Positions 18,686-27,819 of a stretch of 64,000 nucleotides of DNA are shown in pieces (position 1 is the stretch's first letter; each line of letters opens with the position of its first letter). The notes beneath the pieces are model-generated. The model made no database searches, was not told the DNA's origin, and worked only from the letters and a program-made list of their open reading frames with translations. The position numbers and the translations under genes were made by a program. The stretch is from an uncultured delta proteobacterium (GTDB lineage Bacteria > Myxococcota_A > UBA9160 > UBA6930): positions 219,032 through 283,031 of the forward strand of contig CAVXZE010000016.1 of NCBI GenBank assembly GCA_963766175.1, written 5' to 3'.

Positions 18686-20667
18686 ATCGAGGCTGGGGCG
18701 GCGCTGGCAGGGCCTCGCGTGTCGGCGTCGAAAACGGCGCGGCTGCCCGGCCGGTAGCGAAGGATCTTCCGGCTCATCAACGGTTCGAAGCCGTGCAGCA
18801 AGGCGACCTGTTCGAAGAGGTCCTCTCGCTCGACCAGCGCCAACAGCTCCGGGTGCCTCTTGGGCAGCCGGATCAGGCGGCCCAGGTTGACGTACAGGGG
18901 CCGGCCCTCACGGTCGGCCCGCTCGAGCCAGGCCCGCAGCTCCTCCGTCGTCTCGACGATGTGCACCCGAGGGTCGTAGTAATCGGGTGGGTCGGAGAAG
19001 GAGACCGTGATGGACTGTTCCTGGCCCGGGTCGAAGGGATCGAGCGTGCCCCGGGTGAGCAGGACCGATTCCTTGTACGGCTGAACCGAGCGCGTGCGCA
19101 GCGCCGTTCGCGGCGCCGCCGTCCAGCTCACCAGGCCCAAGAGATAGACACCGCACAGGACGACAGTGAGCGCCGCCGAGAGCGCTGGGGGCCGGGCCCA
19201 ACGGAAGACCGATGTGCCTCCCAGTGCGACCAGCGCTGCAAACGACGGCAGAACGAAGACCAGATACCAGTTGTGCATGTGATGGCCGCGCAGGTAGCCG
19301 ACCCACCAGGTGAGTGGCCCCGGAGCCAGGAGCAAGAGGGCGACCCAGCGGCGATAGTTGCCCTCTCGCAGCAGCCGGAGGGTTCCTAGCAAGAGGAGCG
19401 CGGCGGTGGTGGCGACGGCCGCGTAGAAGAGCCAAGGTGTCTGCGCCGCGAGATCCGCGAGCTCGGGGTAGACGGGATCGAATCCGTGCCGGCGATGCGT
19501 CCAGGGCATCCCGGAGAGGAAGTAGGCCAGAGTCGTCTTGATCCACCGGCTGCCGAGGTCGCGAGCCCCCTTTCGCTCCAGCCATTCGATCAGCTGGGCG
19601 ACGTTTCCCGCCATCAGCAGTGCCCACAGCATTGCGCCGAACAGGTTCACGCTGAACCAGCGCACTCCCTGCTGCGCACGCGTCTGGCCGCGGTGTCGGG
19701 TCAGGATGGTGCCCAGGGCGAGCAGGTTGGTGAGGACGAGCAGATAGACCGCCGCCGGAAAGGCCCAGAGCAGCACGAACTGGACGCCCCCGAAGGCCGC
19801 CCAGCGGCGCCAGCTGCCGTGGTAGAGGGCGTCGAGCAAGACAGCCCACACCAGCGGAACCAGGGCGAACACCAGCGAATAGCCGCGCGCCTCGCTCGCG
19901 TACCGCAGGTGCCAGGGATGGAGCGCCAGAAACCAGGCGCCGAACACGCCCGCCCAGGGAAATCCCATCCGCCACAGGAAGTACGCCAGCGACGCCAGCG
20001 AGGCCATTCCGAACAGGAAGGCGGGCAGGCGGACTGCGAAGTCGTCCACCCGGCGATCCTCTCCTGGGGTCACAGCGGACCAGACCGTGTGAAGGATCCG
20101 CGCGATCAGGTTGTGGACGATGTGGTTGTTGGGCGATCGGTAGCTGAAGAACGTGTCGCGCAGATCGGATTTCCGGAAGCGGAGCTCCCCTTCGTCGTTC
20201 ACGTAATAGGCGCCCGCGATGGCGGTGCGCACGCTGGTCTCTTCGTCGTCCCAGAGGCTCTGGTCGAGCCGCGGGTAGGCCAGGCTCGCACTGGTAGCGA
20301 TCGCCAGCGCCACCAGGACCCAGCCGATCGGGTGGAGTCTCGAATCGGGCCGGGCGAACTCGGCGCAGCGCGGGGCAGCTCCCGGTGCGCGCCAGAGGCG
20401 ATGGAAACGCAGGAGAAGCCCCAGGATGAACGCGTTGGCCGCCGCGACCCAGTAGGCGTAGCTCACCCAGTAGTCGATCGGCCGGATCCGCTTTCCCTTC
20501 TGGACGCGCTCCGCGATTCCGTCTTGCCAGGGGTTGTCTCCGAAGACGAGGTAGACGATCAGAAGCACCAGGAGAAGCCAGAGCACGTCCCTGGTGCGCG
20601 AACCCGAAGGATCGGCGGCGCGCCGCTCGCGCCAGCGCTCCAGCAGACGGGCTTTCGACTCACCCAT
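18670..20667 (-). CDS. polytopic membrane protein, GT-C fold glycosyltransferase-like (PMT_2/ArnT-like) with soluble C-terminal domain
   Basis: Many TM helices. An LWDDEETS motif sits in the first predicted external loop, the same location as the Asp/Glu catalytic motif of GT39/GT83 enzymes. The C-terminal ~130 aa are soluble. I prefer ATG 20667 over TTG 20706. Confidence 0.55.
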   Translation of the reverse strand: MGESKARLLERWRERRAADPSGSRTRDVLWLLLVLLIVYLVFGDNPWQDGIAERVQKGKRIRPIDYWVSYAYWVAAANAFILGLLLRFHRLWRAPGAAPRCAEFARPDSRLHPIGWVLVALAIATSASLAYPRLDQSLWDDEETSVRTAIAGAYYVNDEGELRFRKSDLRDTFFSYRSPNNHIVHNLIARILHTVWSAVTPGEDRRVDDFAVRLPAFLFGMASLASLAYFLWRMGFPWAGVFGAWFLALHPWHLRYASEARGYSLVFALVPLVWAVLLDALYHGSWRRWAAFGGVQFVLLWAFPAAVYLLVLTNLLALGTILTRHRGQTRAQQGVRWFSVNLFGAMLWALLMAGNVAQLIEWLERKGARDLGSRWIKTTLAYFLSGMPWTHRRHGFDPVYPELADLAAQTPWLFYAAVATTAALLLLGTLRLLREGNYRRWVALLLLAPGPLTWWVGYLRGHHMHNWYLVFVLPSFAALVALGGTSVFRWARPPALSAALTVVLCGVYLLGLVSWTAAPRTALRTRSVQPYKESVLLTRGTLDPFDPGQEQSITVSFSDPPDYYDPRVHIVETTEELRAWLERADREGRPLYVNLGRLIRLPKRHPELLALVEREDLFEQVALLHGFEPLMSRKILRYRPGSRAVFDADTRGPASAAPASIQGAR

Positions 20668-20787
20668 CACGCACCGCCAGGCACGAGTCGCCGCCTCGGC
20701 CCCCAATCAACGATCCGATGGCGCACGCCGACCACGGTAGCCCAGCCACGACTTCCGGTGTACGCGCTCGTGGGGGCCCTTGGGGGT

Positions 20788-21378
20788 TCAGCCGGTGTTC
20801 CGGCGGGATCGCTCGCGCTTCTTGAGGACCATGCGGTAGGCGCCCACGGCGAAGTCCTTGGCGCTCTTCAGCTCCCAGGCCGACGGCGGGGGCCCTTGCT
20901 TGGAGGAGCCGGGCTCGCGGGCCGACCGTAGGGGCTCGGGCTGGCAGGAGTTGAACTCTCGGGCCGCTTGCTCGGCGCGCTCCCCTTCTTCCATCTGGGC
21001 GATCGCGCAGCGGAAGACATACGCCATCTCCGTGTTGGAGTTCGGGTCGGCCGGAAAGACGAAGAAGCCTGCGCGCGGAGAGCTGAAGGAGCTCGACCAC
21101 CCCGCCATCTTCTCGCCATCGACGAATTCGATCCACACCTTCTTCTCCGGACCGACTCGCTGCTCGAAGGATCGTTTGTCCACACAGCTGGGATCTCGCC
21201 CGAGCGTCTTGATGAAGAAGATGGCCTTCAGGTTCTCGATGGGAACCCGCACCGGAGCCACACCGCTCTCCTCCTGGACGTGGAAGAAGTCGCGGTTGGG
21301 ACGGAAGTCGAAGGTCAATCCCTTGATGATGGCCTTGTCGAGGCAACGCACCGCGACCAGCCTGCCCAGCTCGTTCAT
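20788..21378 (-). CDS. hypothetical protein with apparent internal duplication
   Basis: 196 aa. Two similar ~60-aa halves are visible (..GLTFDFRPNRDFFHV..KAIFFIK and ..GWSSSFSSPRAGFFVFPADPNSNTE..YVF), followed by a charged, disordered tail. Confidence 0.6.
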   Translation of the reverse strand: MNELGRLVAVRCLDKAIIKGLTFDFRPNRDFFHVQEESGVAPVRVPIENLKAIFFIKTLGRDPSCVDKRSFEQRVGPEKKVWIEFVDGEKMAGWSSSFSSPRAGFFVFPADPNSNTEMAYVFRCAIAQMEEGERAEQAAREFNSCQPEPLRSAREPGSSKQGPPPSAWELKSAKDFAVGAYRMVLKKRERSRRNTG

Positions 21379-21469
21379 TCCCGGCTCCTCCGGTGGGATG
21401 CCAACGGAGGATCGGCGCTCCGGGACGCGCGCTTGAGAGTCGTCTAGCCAGGGCTGGTTGGGGACGGAT

Positions 21470-22306
21470 TCATCTTCGGATGGCCAGCCACCATTTCATC
21501 GTGTCGGTGACCAGATCGGCCTGCTCGTGATGCGCCCAGTGGCCGGTACCGGGAAGCGTGACGAGTGTCCAGTCCTTCTCGACCTGGTTCCAGCTGTCGT
21601 TGAGCGCTCCGGGCAGCAAGGCCCAGTCGTCGAGCCCGTGGAACTGGAGCACCGGGCACTGAACCTTGGGGAGACCCGCGGCATCTTCCGAGTAGGGTTC
21701 GCGAGGATAGTTGCGCCGGTAGTAGTTCATCATGGCGTCGAAGCTCGAGTTCTCGAAGGCGGTCTGGTACTTCGCCTCGAGATCGGCGTCACCGCGAGCC
21801 ACCAGTTTCGCGAGCGTGGCCGCGTCCAGGCTCTCGTGCGAGTCCGGCTGCTGGAAGTTCCGGGCGTACTGCGAATTGGCGTGCTGTTGCGGATTGTCCC
21901 GCAGCTCCCGCACCAGGTTCTGGATGTGCGGCAGGTTCACGATGATGAGCCTTTCGGTCATGGCGGGCATCATCGCCGCGAAGCCCCAGGCGATGGCGCC
22001 ACCCCAGTCGTGCCCGACGATGACGGCCTTCTCGCGACCCTCGTTCCGGATCACCGCAGCGACATCTCCGACCAGCAGCGCCATGTCGTAGTGCTCGACG
22101 CCTTTGGGCTTGTCGCTCTGGTTGTAGCCGCGCGTATCGAGAGCGACGACGGTGTATTCGCCGGCGAGACCCCGCATCTGGTGATGCCACGAGTACCAGA
22201 AATCCGGAAACCCGTGGATGAACACCACCAGCGGTCCCTTCCCCGCCTTGGCGTAGTGAATCTTGACTCCGCCGCTGTCGACGGTTTCGTGGCTGACCTC
22301 GCTCAT
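21470..22306 (-). CDS. alpha/beta hydrolase (epoxide hydrolase / haloalkane dehalogenase-like)
   Basis: It has [18 protein letters not shown] and [11 protein letters not shown] motifs and a C-terminal GHWAHHE. Its start overlaps the upstream gene's stop by 4 bp (ATGA). Confidence 0.85.
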   Translation of the reverse strand: MSEVSHETVDSGGVKIHYAKAGKGPLVVFIHGFPDFWYSWHHQMRGLAGEYTVVALDTRGYNQSDKPKGVEHYDMALLVGDVAAVIRNEGREKAVIVGHDWGGAIAWGFAAMMPAMTERLIIVNLPHIQNLVRELRDNPQQHANSQYARNFQQPDSHESLDAATLAKLVARGDADLEAKYQTAFENSSFDAMMNYYRRNYPREPYSEDAAGLPKVQCPVLQFHGLDDWALLPGALNDSWNQVEKDWTLVTLPGTGHWAHHEQADLVTDTMKWWLAIRR

Positions 22307-23157
22307 CCAGTCTCCTCCGGCGTGGCTCCTGCTGCAGGCGGCCAGCCCTGTTGGGTGTCTCTTCCGCGTTTGAAGCGAAAGTCACATCTCTCTGCACCCT
22401 CGGCAATGGTCGTGTTTCGAATCAAACCGGTGCCGAAGGCCTCGCTCAACGGATAGTCCGACAGGCACATGTACGGCGCCAGCTCTTCGGCTCCCTCCGC
22501 GCGGAAGAACTTGACGATTCCGCATTCGGTAAAGTCGATCCCCCAGTCGAATGCTTCTCCGTCACCCTCCACGAAGTGGAAGACCCAATCATCGGGGTAG
22601 ATCCGTTCTTGCGATTCCAGTGCGGCTCTGCGCATCGGCCGCTGTCCGAATCCGCTCATCTGGTAGAACCCGATGGCACGGGTGAGGAGCCTTGGATAGG
22701 AGGTGGCCATGGCCTCTACGGTCCGGTAGAGAACCTTCCCGATTTCTTCCACGGTCTTTCCGCGCTTCTTCATGGCGCGATACAGCGCCAGCCCCATCGA
22801 CGCCTGAATCAGCTCGTCGGTCAGCTCGTTGCTGTCTCCGCCGATGTACGGGATCTCGGGAATCAGCGTTTCGAACTCCTGGCGTGCATCCGCATCGATC
22901 GCAGCCGAGAAGTCCTCTCCATAGGAGGCAGTCAAGACCTTGCTGGTGTGCTCTCGGAGCTCGTCGAAGCCATCCAGAAGCTCTGTCTTGCGAGAGGTGT
23001 AGTAGTCGTCTTGCGCTTCGCCGCTGCCTTCGGAACGCCGAGAGCTCCGCGGCGAGCAGCTGCAGAGCAGCACGGCACCGACCGCCACAGCCGAATCCCT
23101 CAGGAACTCGCGCCGCTGCAGTCCAGGGTCTGCTTCTCCCATCCGGATCTCCTCCAT
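22303..23157 (-). CDS. ATC-hydrolase-like (L-2-amino-thiazoline-4-carboxylate hydrolase family) protein with Tat signal
   Basis: [23 protein letters not shown] twin-arginine signal is present. The C-terminal ...[51 protein letters not shown] matches my recollection of the PF14196 pattern. Confidence 0.6.
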   Translation of the reverse strand: MEEIRMGEADPGLQRREFLRDSAVAVGAVLLCSCSPRSSRRSEGSGEAQDDYYTSRKTELLDGFDELREHTSKVLTASYGEDFSAAIDADARQEFETLIPEIPYIGGDSNELTDELIQASMGLALYRAMKKRGKTVEEIGKVLYRTVEAMATSYPRLLTRAIGFYQMSGFGQRPMRRAALESQERIYPDDWVFHFVEGDGEAFDWGIDFTECGIVKFFRAEGAEELAPYMCLSDYPLSEAFGTGLIRNTTIAEGAERCDFRFKRGRDTQQGWPPAAGATPEETG

Positions 23158-23175
23158 GGAATCGGTTCCCGGTCG

Positions 23176-24936
23176 TCAGTCGTCACCGCGCTCGATGCGC
23201 AAGGTGCGCAGGCGGTTGAGGACGCCGCCGATCTCGAAGCGCCGCGGGCGGGCGAAGTTGCCGGGATGTCGTTCGCCGCGGCGGAAGGGATCCAGGGCTT
23301 CGAGGCCTTCCTCGTCGAGGGTGCTCTCCACCGCATCCATCACCTGGCCGAGCGTCGCTCCCTCACCCATGAAACGCTCCCGGGCCAGCTCGATCGCGTA
23401 GCCCACCGCGCGGGTCTGGCTGACGTCGGCGAGCTGTTCCAGCCCCCGCAGGTCGATGCGCTCGGTCCCGAAGACGAGCAGGTCGACGGCCTTCGCATCG
23501 ATCTTCACCTCGCGTCGCCCGCGCGATGGGTCGAGGCTCTCCGCGACGGGAACGCGACGGGTCGCCGCGGCCAGGGGACGCCGCGTCTCGATGCGGCGCC
23601 GCGTCTGATGCGATGCGGCGATCGACTTCGCCTCTGCGGTCACGTCGGCGGGTAGGTACTCCCGCATCTCGATCACGGTATCGGCGACGTCGAAATAGTC
23701 GCCACAGCCACCCATCACCAGCACGGTGGAGACGCCCAGTCGCTCGTAGAGCTCGCGCACCCTGTCCACGAAGGGCGTGATGGGCTCGTGGTCTTCGTGC
23801 ACCAGGGCCTGCATGCGCGCGTCCCGGACCATGAAGTTGGTGGCCGAGGTGTCCTCGTCCAGCAGCAGCGTGGTCGCGCCGAGCTCGAGGGCCTCGACGA
23901 TGTTGGCCGCCTGGCTGGTGCTTCCGCTCGCGTCGTCGCTGGCGAAGCTCCTGGTGCTGCGTCCCTGCGGGAGGTCATCGATGAAGCTGCTGATGTCGCA
24001 GGCCTCGACGCGACGGCCGTCCTCGGCACGGATCTTCACCGCGCCGGGTTCGGCGACGACGAGCTCCCTGCCGTCGCCGGGGACGTGGGGATGGACACCG
24101 CGCTCGAGCGCGCGCAGCAGTGTAGACTTTCCGTGATAGCCCCCTCCGACGATCAGCGTCACTCCCCGGGGAATTCCGAGTCCCGAGATCCGGGTAGAAT
24201 CCGGGTCTTGCGAATCGACGGGATGGGGAAGCTCGAAGCTCACGCGCAGGGCTTCCGGAGCGCGGAACCGCACCGACCCCTCGCCCATCGGTCGGTCGCT
24301 GGCGCCGCTCTCGCGAGGGAGTACCGAAGAGTCGGCGACGAAGGCGACGAGCCCACGGTCGGGGAGCTGCTCCCGAATCCACTCCTGGTTCTCCACGCAG
24401 AGGACGAAGTGAGTCGCACTCTCTCGGGGAAGTCGCTCCCAGAGGAGTCCCTCGTCGACGATCCGCGGCAGCTCGTCACACAGAAGAGCTTCGGCTTCGT
24501 CTCCCAGCACCCGGCGGCCGGCTGCGGGGAGTCCGACCTGGAGCCGCGCCTCGACCCACTGCGGGTCGATCGCCACCGCCGTTCTCTCCAGCACCTCCTG
24601 CCCTCCAGCGTCGATGAAGATCAGTCCGCTCTTTCCCGAGCCGCGCCGGCCTCGGGCTCTTCGGTGGATGCTGGCCGCCACCCGCCGCGCCAGGAAGTCC
24701 GCAAGGGCGGTACGGCGCACGGGTTTCGCGAAGAGCTCTTGCGGGAGGGACGCCCACTCCTGGGGGAAGCGCGCTCGAACCAGGGACGGCGCCGCGAAGG
24801 GGTCGCCCTGCACGTGGTCGACGTGGAGCTCGAGATCGCCGATCCGGTAGCTCCCGCGGATCTCCTTGTACGCCTTGTAGCCTCGCCCGTGGATGCGACG
24901 CAGGCTGCGGCGAAGCTCTTCCTCGCTAGTCGGCAT
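23176..24936 (-). CDS. ABC-class ATPase domain protein (PF09818-type, function unknown)
   Basis: 586 aa. The P-loop context GGGYHGKSTLLRALERGVHPHVPGDGRE, then ASGSTSQAANIVEALELGATTLLLDEDTSATNFMVRDARMQALV, are characteristic of this family. Confidence 0.8.
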   Translation of the reverse strand: MPTSEEELRRSLRRIHGRGYKAYKEIRGSYRIGDLELHVDHVQGDPFAAPSLVRARFPQEWASLPQELFAKPVRRTALADFLARRVAASIHRRARGRRGSGKSGLIFIDAGGQEVLERTAVAIDPQWVEARLQVGLPAAGRRVLGDEAEALLCDELPRIVDEGLLWERLPRESATHFVLCVENQEWIREQLPDRGLVAFVADSSVLPRESGASDRPMGEGSVRFRAPEALRVSFELPHPVDSQDPDSTRISGLGIPRGVTLIVGGGYHGKSTLLRALERGVHPHVPGDGRELVVAEPGAVKIRAEDGRRVEACDISSFIDDLPQGRSTRSFASDDASGSTSQAANIVEALELGATTLLLDEDTSATNFMVRDARMQALVHEDHEPITPFVDRVRELYERLGVSTVLVMGGCGDYFDVADTVIEMREYLPADVTAEAKSIAASHQTRRRIETRRPLAAATRRVPVAESLDPSRGRREVKIDAKAVDLLVFGTERIDLRGLEQLADVSQTRAVGYAIELARERFMGEGATLGQVMDAVESTLDEEGLEALDPFRRGERHPGNFARPRRFEIGGVLNRLRTLRIERGDD

Positions 24937-27709
24937 CTCTCACCCGTCCGCTGCTGCCGTCGCCGTCGGCACCGCGTCTTCGCGGCGTTCGCTCTCCGGT
25001 CAGCCAGCGCCGTAGTGCCGGTGCAGCCCGGGTCTGGAACTCCAGGTTCAAGTCGAACTTCTCGAGAGCCTGGCGGACGGCTCGCGCTCCGGTGGGTACC
25101 GGGTTGGCGCGGAAAAAGGCGGCGACGTCCCTTCGGGCGGCGCGGGATCCGAGATGCGGAGTCGCCTCGATGGGGCGCGTGATCAGCATCGGCGGCATCC
25201 GGCGACGCAGCGCGGCCCAGCGCCTCTTGATGAAGTCCCAGGTCTGCTCGCCCGCCGCCCGGTTGCCGAGCATCCGACTTAGCAGAATTGCGACATCCTG
25301 GGTGCCGACGGCATCCGTGAGCGAGAGAGACAAGGCTCGCCTCACCAGGTCGGGCTCCTGAAACTCGCCGAGGGCCATCAGGAAGCGTCGCCGCTCCTGG
25401 GGTGTGCCTGCAGTCTTTGCAGCCCCGAGGAATCCCCCGAAGAGGCTCGCGTCTCCCCGCCGGGCCGCCAGGCTGACCACCGCGTCGGCCAGATTCGGAT
25501 CGAGGGAACGCCGATCGTCCAGGTAGGCGCCGCAGCGCTCCATCGCCGCCTGCAGCACCGGCTCGGACTCTGCGACCTCCCCCACCAGCGCCAGCAGGGC
25601 GGCGCGCCTCAGCCTGATCTGGTCGTCTTCGCCCCCGGCGGGGTCCCAGCCCAGTGTGGCGAAGGCGTCGCCGAACTCCTCGACGATTCGGCGCATCAGC
25701 GCCGCCTCCGTCTCGTCTCCCAGCGGCGAGGCGATCTGTCGGCGGGTGAAGCCGAGCGGAGTGCGCAGTGTCATCAGGACATCGGGATCCCTCTCTTCGC
25801 CAAATGCCATGGCGAAATCGAGAAAGGCGTCGAGCTTGGCCCGGCCCGCGCGCACGATCGCCCATTGGTGTGCCAGCAAGCCCATCCGCTCGACGGCACT
25901 CAGGGCCTCGAGCTCCTCCGCCAGCACGCGCAGCTCTTCCGGATCGTGGAGGGGACGGAAGAACCCGCCCTCGTCGGCATTCCCGTAGATGAAGCGGAGC
26001 GGCTCGCCCTCGAGTACCAGCTCGTCCCGAACCCGGCGAATCAGGCGGCGCTCGGTGCCGGTTCCACGCCGCCCGGCCCGCGCGACCCGTCCAACCCAGG
26101 GGATCGGCCAGCGGGAAGGCTGCTCCTTTCGGGCCGAGCCCCGCTTCGCCGCATTCCGGCTCGCTGGATGCGCCTCGAAGCGTTCCTGGCGGAAACGCAG
26201 CAGCGTCTCGCCTTCTCTTTCGATGCGCCGGATTCGCAGCAGCGGGAATCCCTGCTGCTCGATCCAGGCGCGCACGATGGGCTCCACCTCCTGATCCGAG
26301 ACCTCCGAAAGAGCGCGCCAGAGATCCGCGGCCACGGTGTTCGATTCCCGGTGCCGTCGCAGGTAGGCGCGCACGCCGGCGCGGAAGGTCTCGGCGCCGA
26401 GATAGCGCTCGATCATCCGCACCACCGAGGCGCCCTTCTCGTAGGTGATCAGGTCGAAGTTCTGTGTGGCTTCGTCCGGGCTCCGCACCTCGGTGTAGAT
26501 GGGATGGGAGTGCTGGAGAGCGTCCAGGCCGAGGGCGGCCGAGCGGTGATGCTGGAAGTCCTGCCACATCCTCCACTCCGGCTTCCATCCGTCGACGACG
26601 TGAAAGGCCATCCAGGTCGCGAAGGCCTCGTTCAGCCAGAGATCGTTCCACCAGGCCATCGTGACCAGGTCGCCGTACCACATGTGGGCCAGCTCGTGGC
26701 AGATCACCTCTGCCACTCGCTTCTTCTCCTGGAGGGTGACGGTCTCGGGATCGACCAGCAGCAGGGTCTCTCGGAAGAAGACGGCGCCCGCGTTCTCCAT
26801 GGCTCCGGCCTCGAAGTCGGGGACCGCCACCAGGTCGAGCTTCTGGTAGGGGTAGGCGAGATCGAAGTAGGTCTCGAGGCGCGCCAGGGTCTCCCGCGCG
26901 GTCTCCAGGGCAAAGGCGGTGAGCGCTCCCTTCCCGGGTGCGTGCCAGACGCGAATCTCCGTCTCGCCGCAGTGAGTGGGCTGGGAAGCCTCGAGCTCTC
27001 CCACCGCCAGAGCCAGGAGGTAGGTGGAGAGCGGGGGCGTCGGTCGGAATTGCACCCGTTTGCGGCCGCCGCCCAGCGGCTCGATCTTTGCCACCGGGCT
27101 GTTCGAGAGGACGGTGTTGCCCGTCGCCGTCGTCACCGAGATCTGGAACCGGGCCTTCATGGCCGGCTCGTCGAAGCAGGGGAAGAAGCGGCGCGCGTCG
27201 GCTGCTTCGAGCTGGGTGAAGGCGTAGCGGCGCTGGTCCGAGCTGGCGGCGTAGAGGCCGCGCAGGTCGCTCCTCAGCTTGCCCGCGAAGGCAAGCCGCA
27301 GTGTCACGTCACCGGCGGGAATCGGCCGGTCGAAGCTCACCTCCACCGTCTCGCGCTCGGGGTGGAAATCGATTCTGCCGCGCAGGTTGCCCTCCGCGGT
27401 CTCGAGGCGCGCCCGGGACACTCGCAACTCGGCAGCGTGGAGCTCGATCGAGCGGCGTCGCCGCCCGAGGCGCAGGCGGAGCGCGACTTCGCCCTTGAAG
27501 ACCTTGCCCTTCGCCGGATCCAGCTCCAGCTGGAGCTCCACATCTTGCGGGCGGACGTCGGCAGCCAGCCGGTGGGCCTTCCCAGCACGGCGCGGCGTCG
27601 CCCCCGATCTCCGCCGGGGCTTCGAAGAACGCTTTCGCCCGGGGCTCCGGCCTCGCTCGCTGGTGGTCGCTCTTCGTTTTCGGGTCACGCTCTTGCGCCT
27701 GGCCGACAC
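24926..27709 (-). CDS. M1-family aminopeptidase (aminopeptidase N-like) with basic N-terminal extension
   Basis: It has GAMEN and HELAHMWYGDLVTMAWWNDLWLNEAF (HEXXH-18-E) motifs. The ORF opens at 27952, which would overlap the divergent gene, and there is no other start before GTG 27709. That GTG has AGGAGA about 5 nt upstream. The first ~50 aa are Arg/Lys/Ser-rich. Confidence 0.85.
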   Translation of the reverse strand: MSARRKSVTRKRRATTSERGRSPGRKRSSKPRRRSGATPRRAGKAHRLAADVRPQDVELQLELDPAKGKVFKGEVALRLRLGRRRRSIELHAAELRVSRARLETAEGNLRGRIDFHPERETVEVSFDRPIPAGDVTLRLAFAGKLRSDLRGLYAASSDQRRYAFTQLEAADARRFFPCFDEPAMKARFQISVTTATGNTVLSNSPVAKIEPLGGGRKRVQFRPTPPLSTYLLALAVGELEASQPTHCGETEIRVWHAPGKGALTAFALETARETLARLETYFDLAYPYQKLDLVAVPDFEAGAMENAGAVFFRETLLLVDPETVTLQEKKRVAEVICHELAHMWYGDLVTMAWWNDLWLNEAFATWMAFHVVDGWKPEWRMWQDFQHHRSAALGLDALQHSHPIYTEVRSPDEATQNFDLITYEKGASVVRMIERYLGAETFRAGVRAYLRRHRESNTVAADLWRALSEVSDQEVEPIVRAWIEQQGFPLLRIRRIEREGETLLRFRQERFEAHPASRNAAKRGSARKEQPSRWPIPWVGRVARAGRRGTGTERRLIRRVRDELVLEGEPLRFIYGNADEGGFFRPLHDPEELRVLAEELEALSAVERMGLLAHQWAIVRAGRAKLDAFLDFAMAFGEERDPDVLMTLRTPLGFTRRQIASPLGDETEAALMRRIVEEFGDAFATLGWDPAGGEDDQIRLRRAALLALVGEVAESEPVLQAAMERCGAYLDDRRSLDPNLADAVVSLAARRGDASLFGGFLGAAKTAGTPQERRRFLMALGEFQEPDLVRRALSLSLTDAVGTQDVAILLSRMLGNRAAGEQTWDFIKRRWAALRRRMPPMLITRPIEATPHLGSRAARRDVAAFFRANPVPTGARAVRQALEKFDLNLEFQTRAAPALRRWLTGERTPRRRGADGDGSSGRVRDAD

Positions 27710-27819
27710 GTTCTTCTCCTGCTCCGAACCCGCTCTGCAGGGCGAAGCATAGCGACGGCGGCCCCCCGCCCCCCGGCTCGGCGGTTCGCGCTGTCCCCGG
27801 GAGGGTATACTCTCCGACC

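Noticed and set aside
18670-20706. The large membrane protein next to the PEP-CTERM genes as the missing exosortase
   Set aside because: Its size (about 665 aa), its DDEE loop motif and its soluble C-terminal domain fit GT-C glycosyltransferases better than EpsH/Xrt exosortases. I could not see the exosortase Cys/Arg/His motif arrangement. An HMM search is needed to be sure.
24621-26681. A 686-aa ORF, and a 652-aa plus-strand ORF (25865..27823), over the M1 aminopeptidase gene
   Set aside because: They are shadow frames of a gene with unambiguous GAMEN/HEXXH motifs, and their composition is low-complexity.
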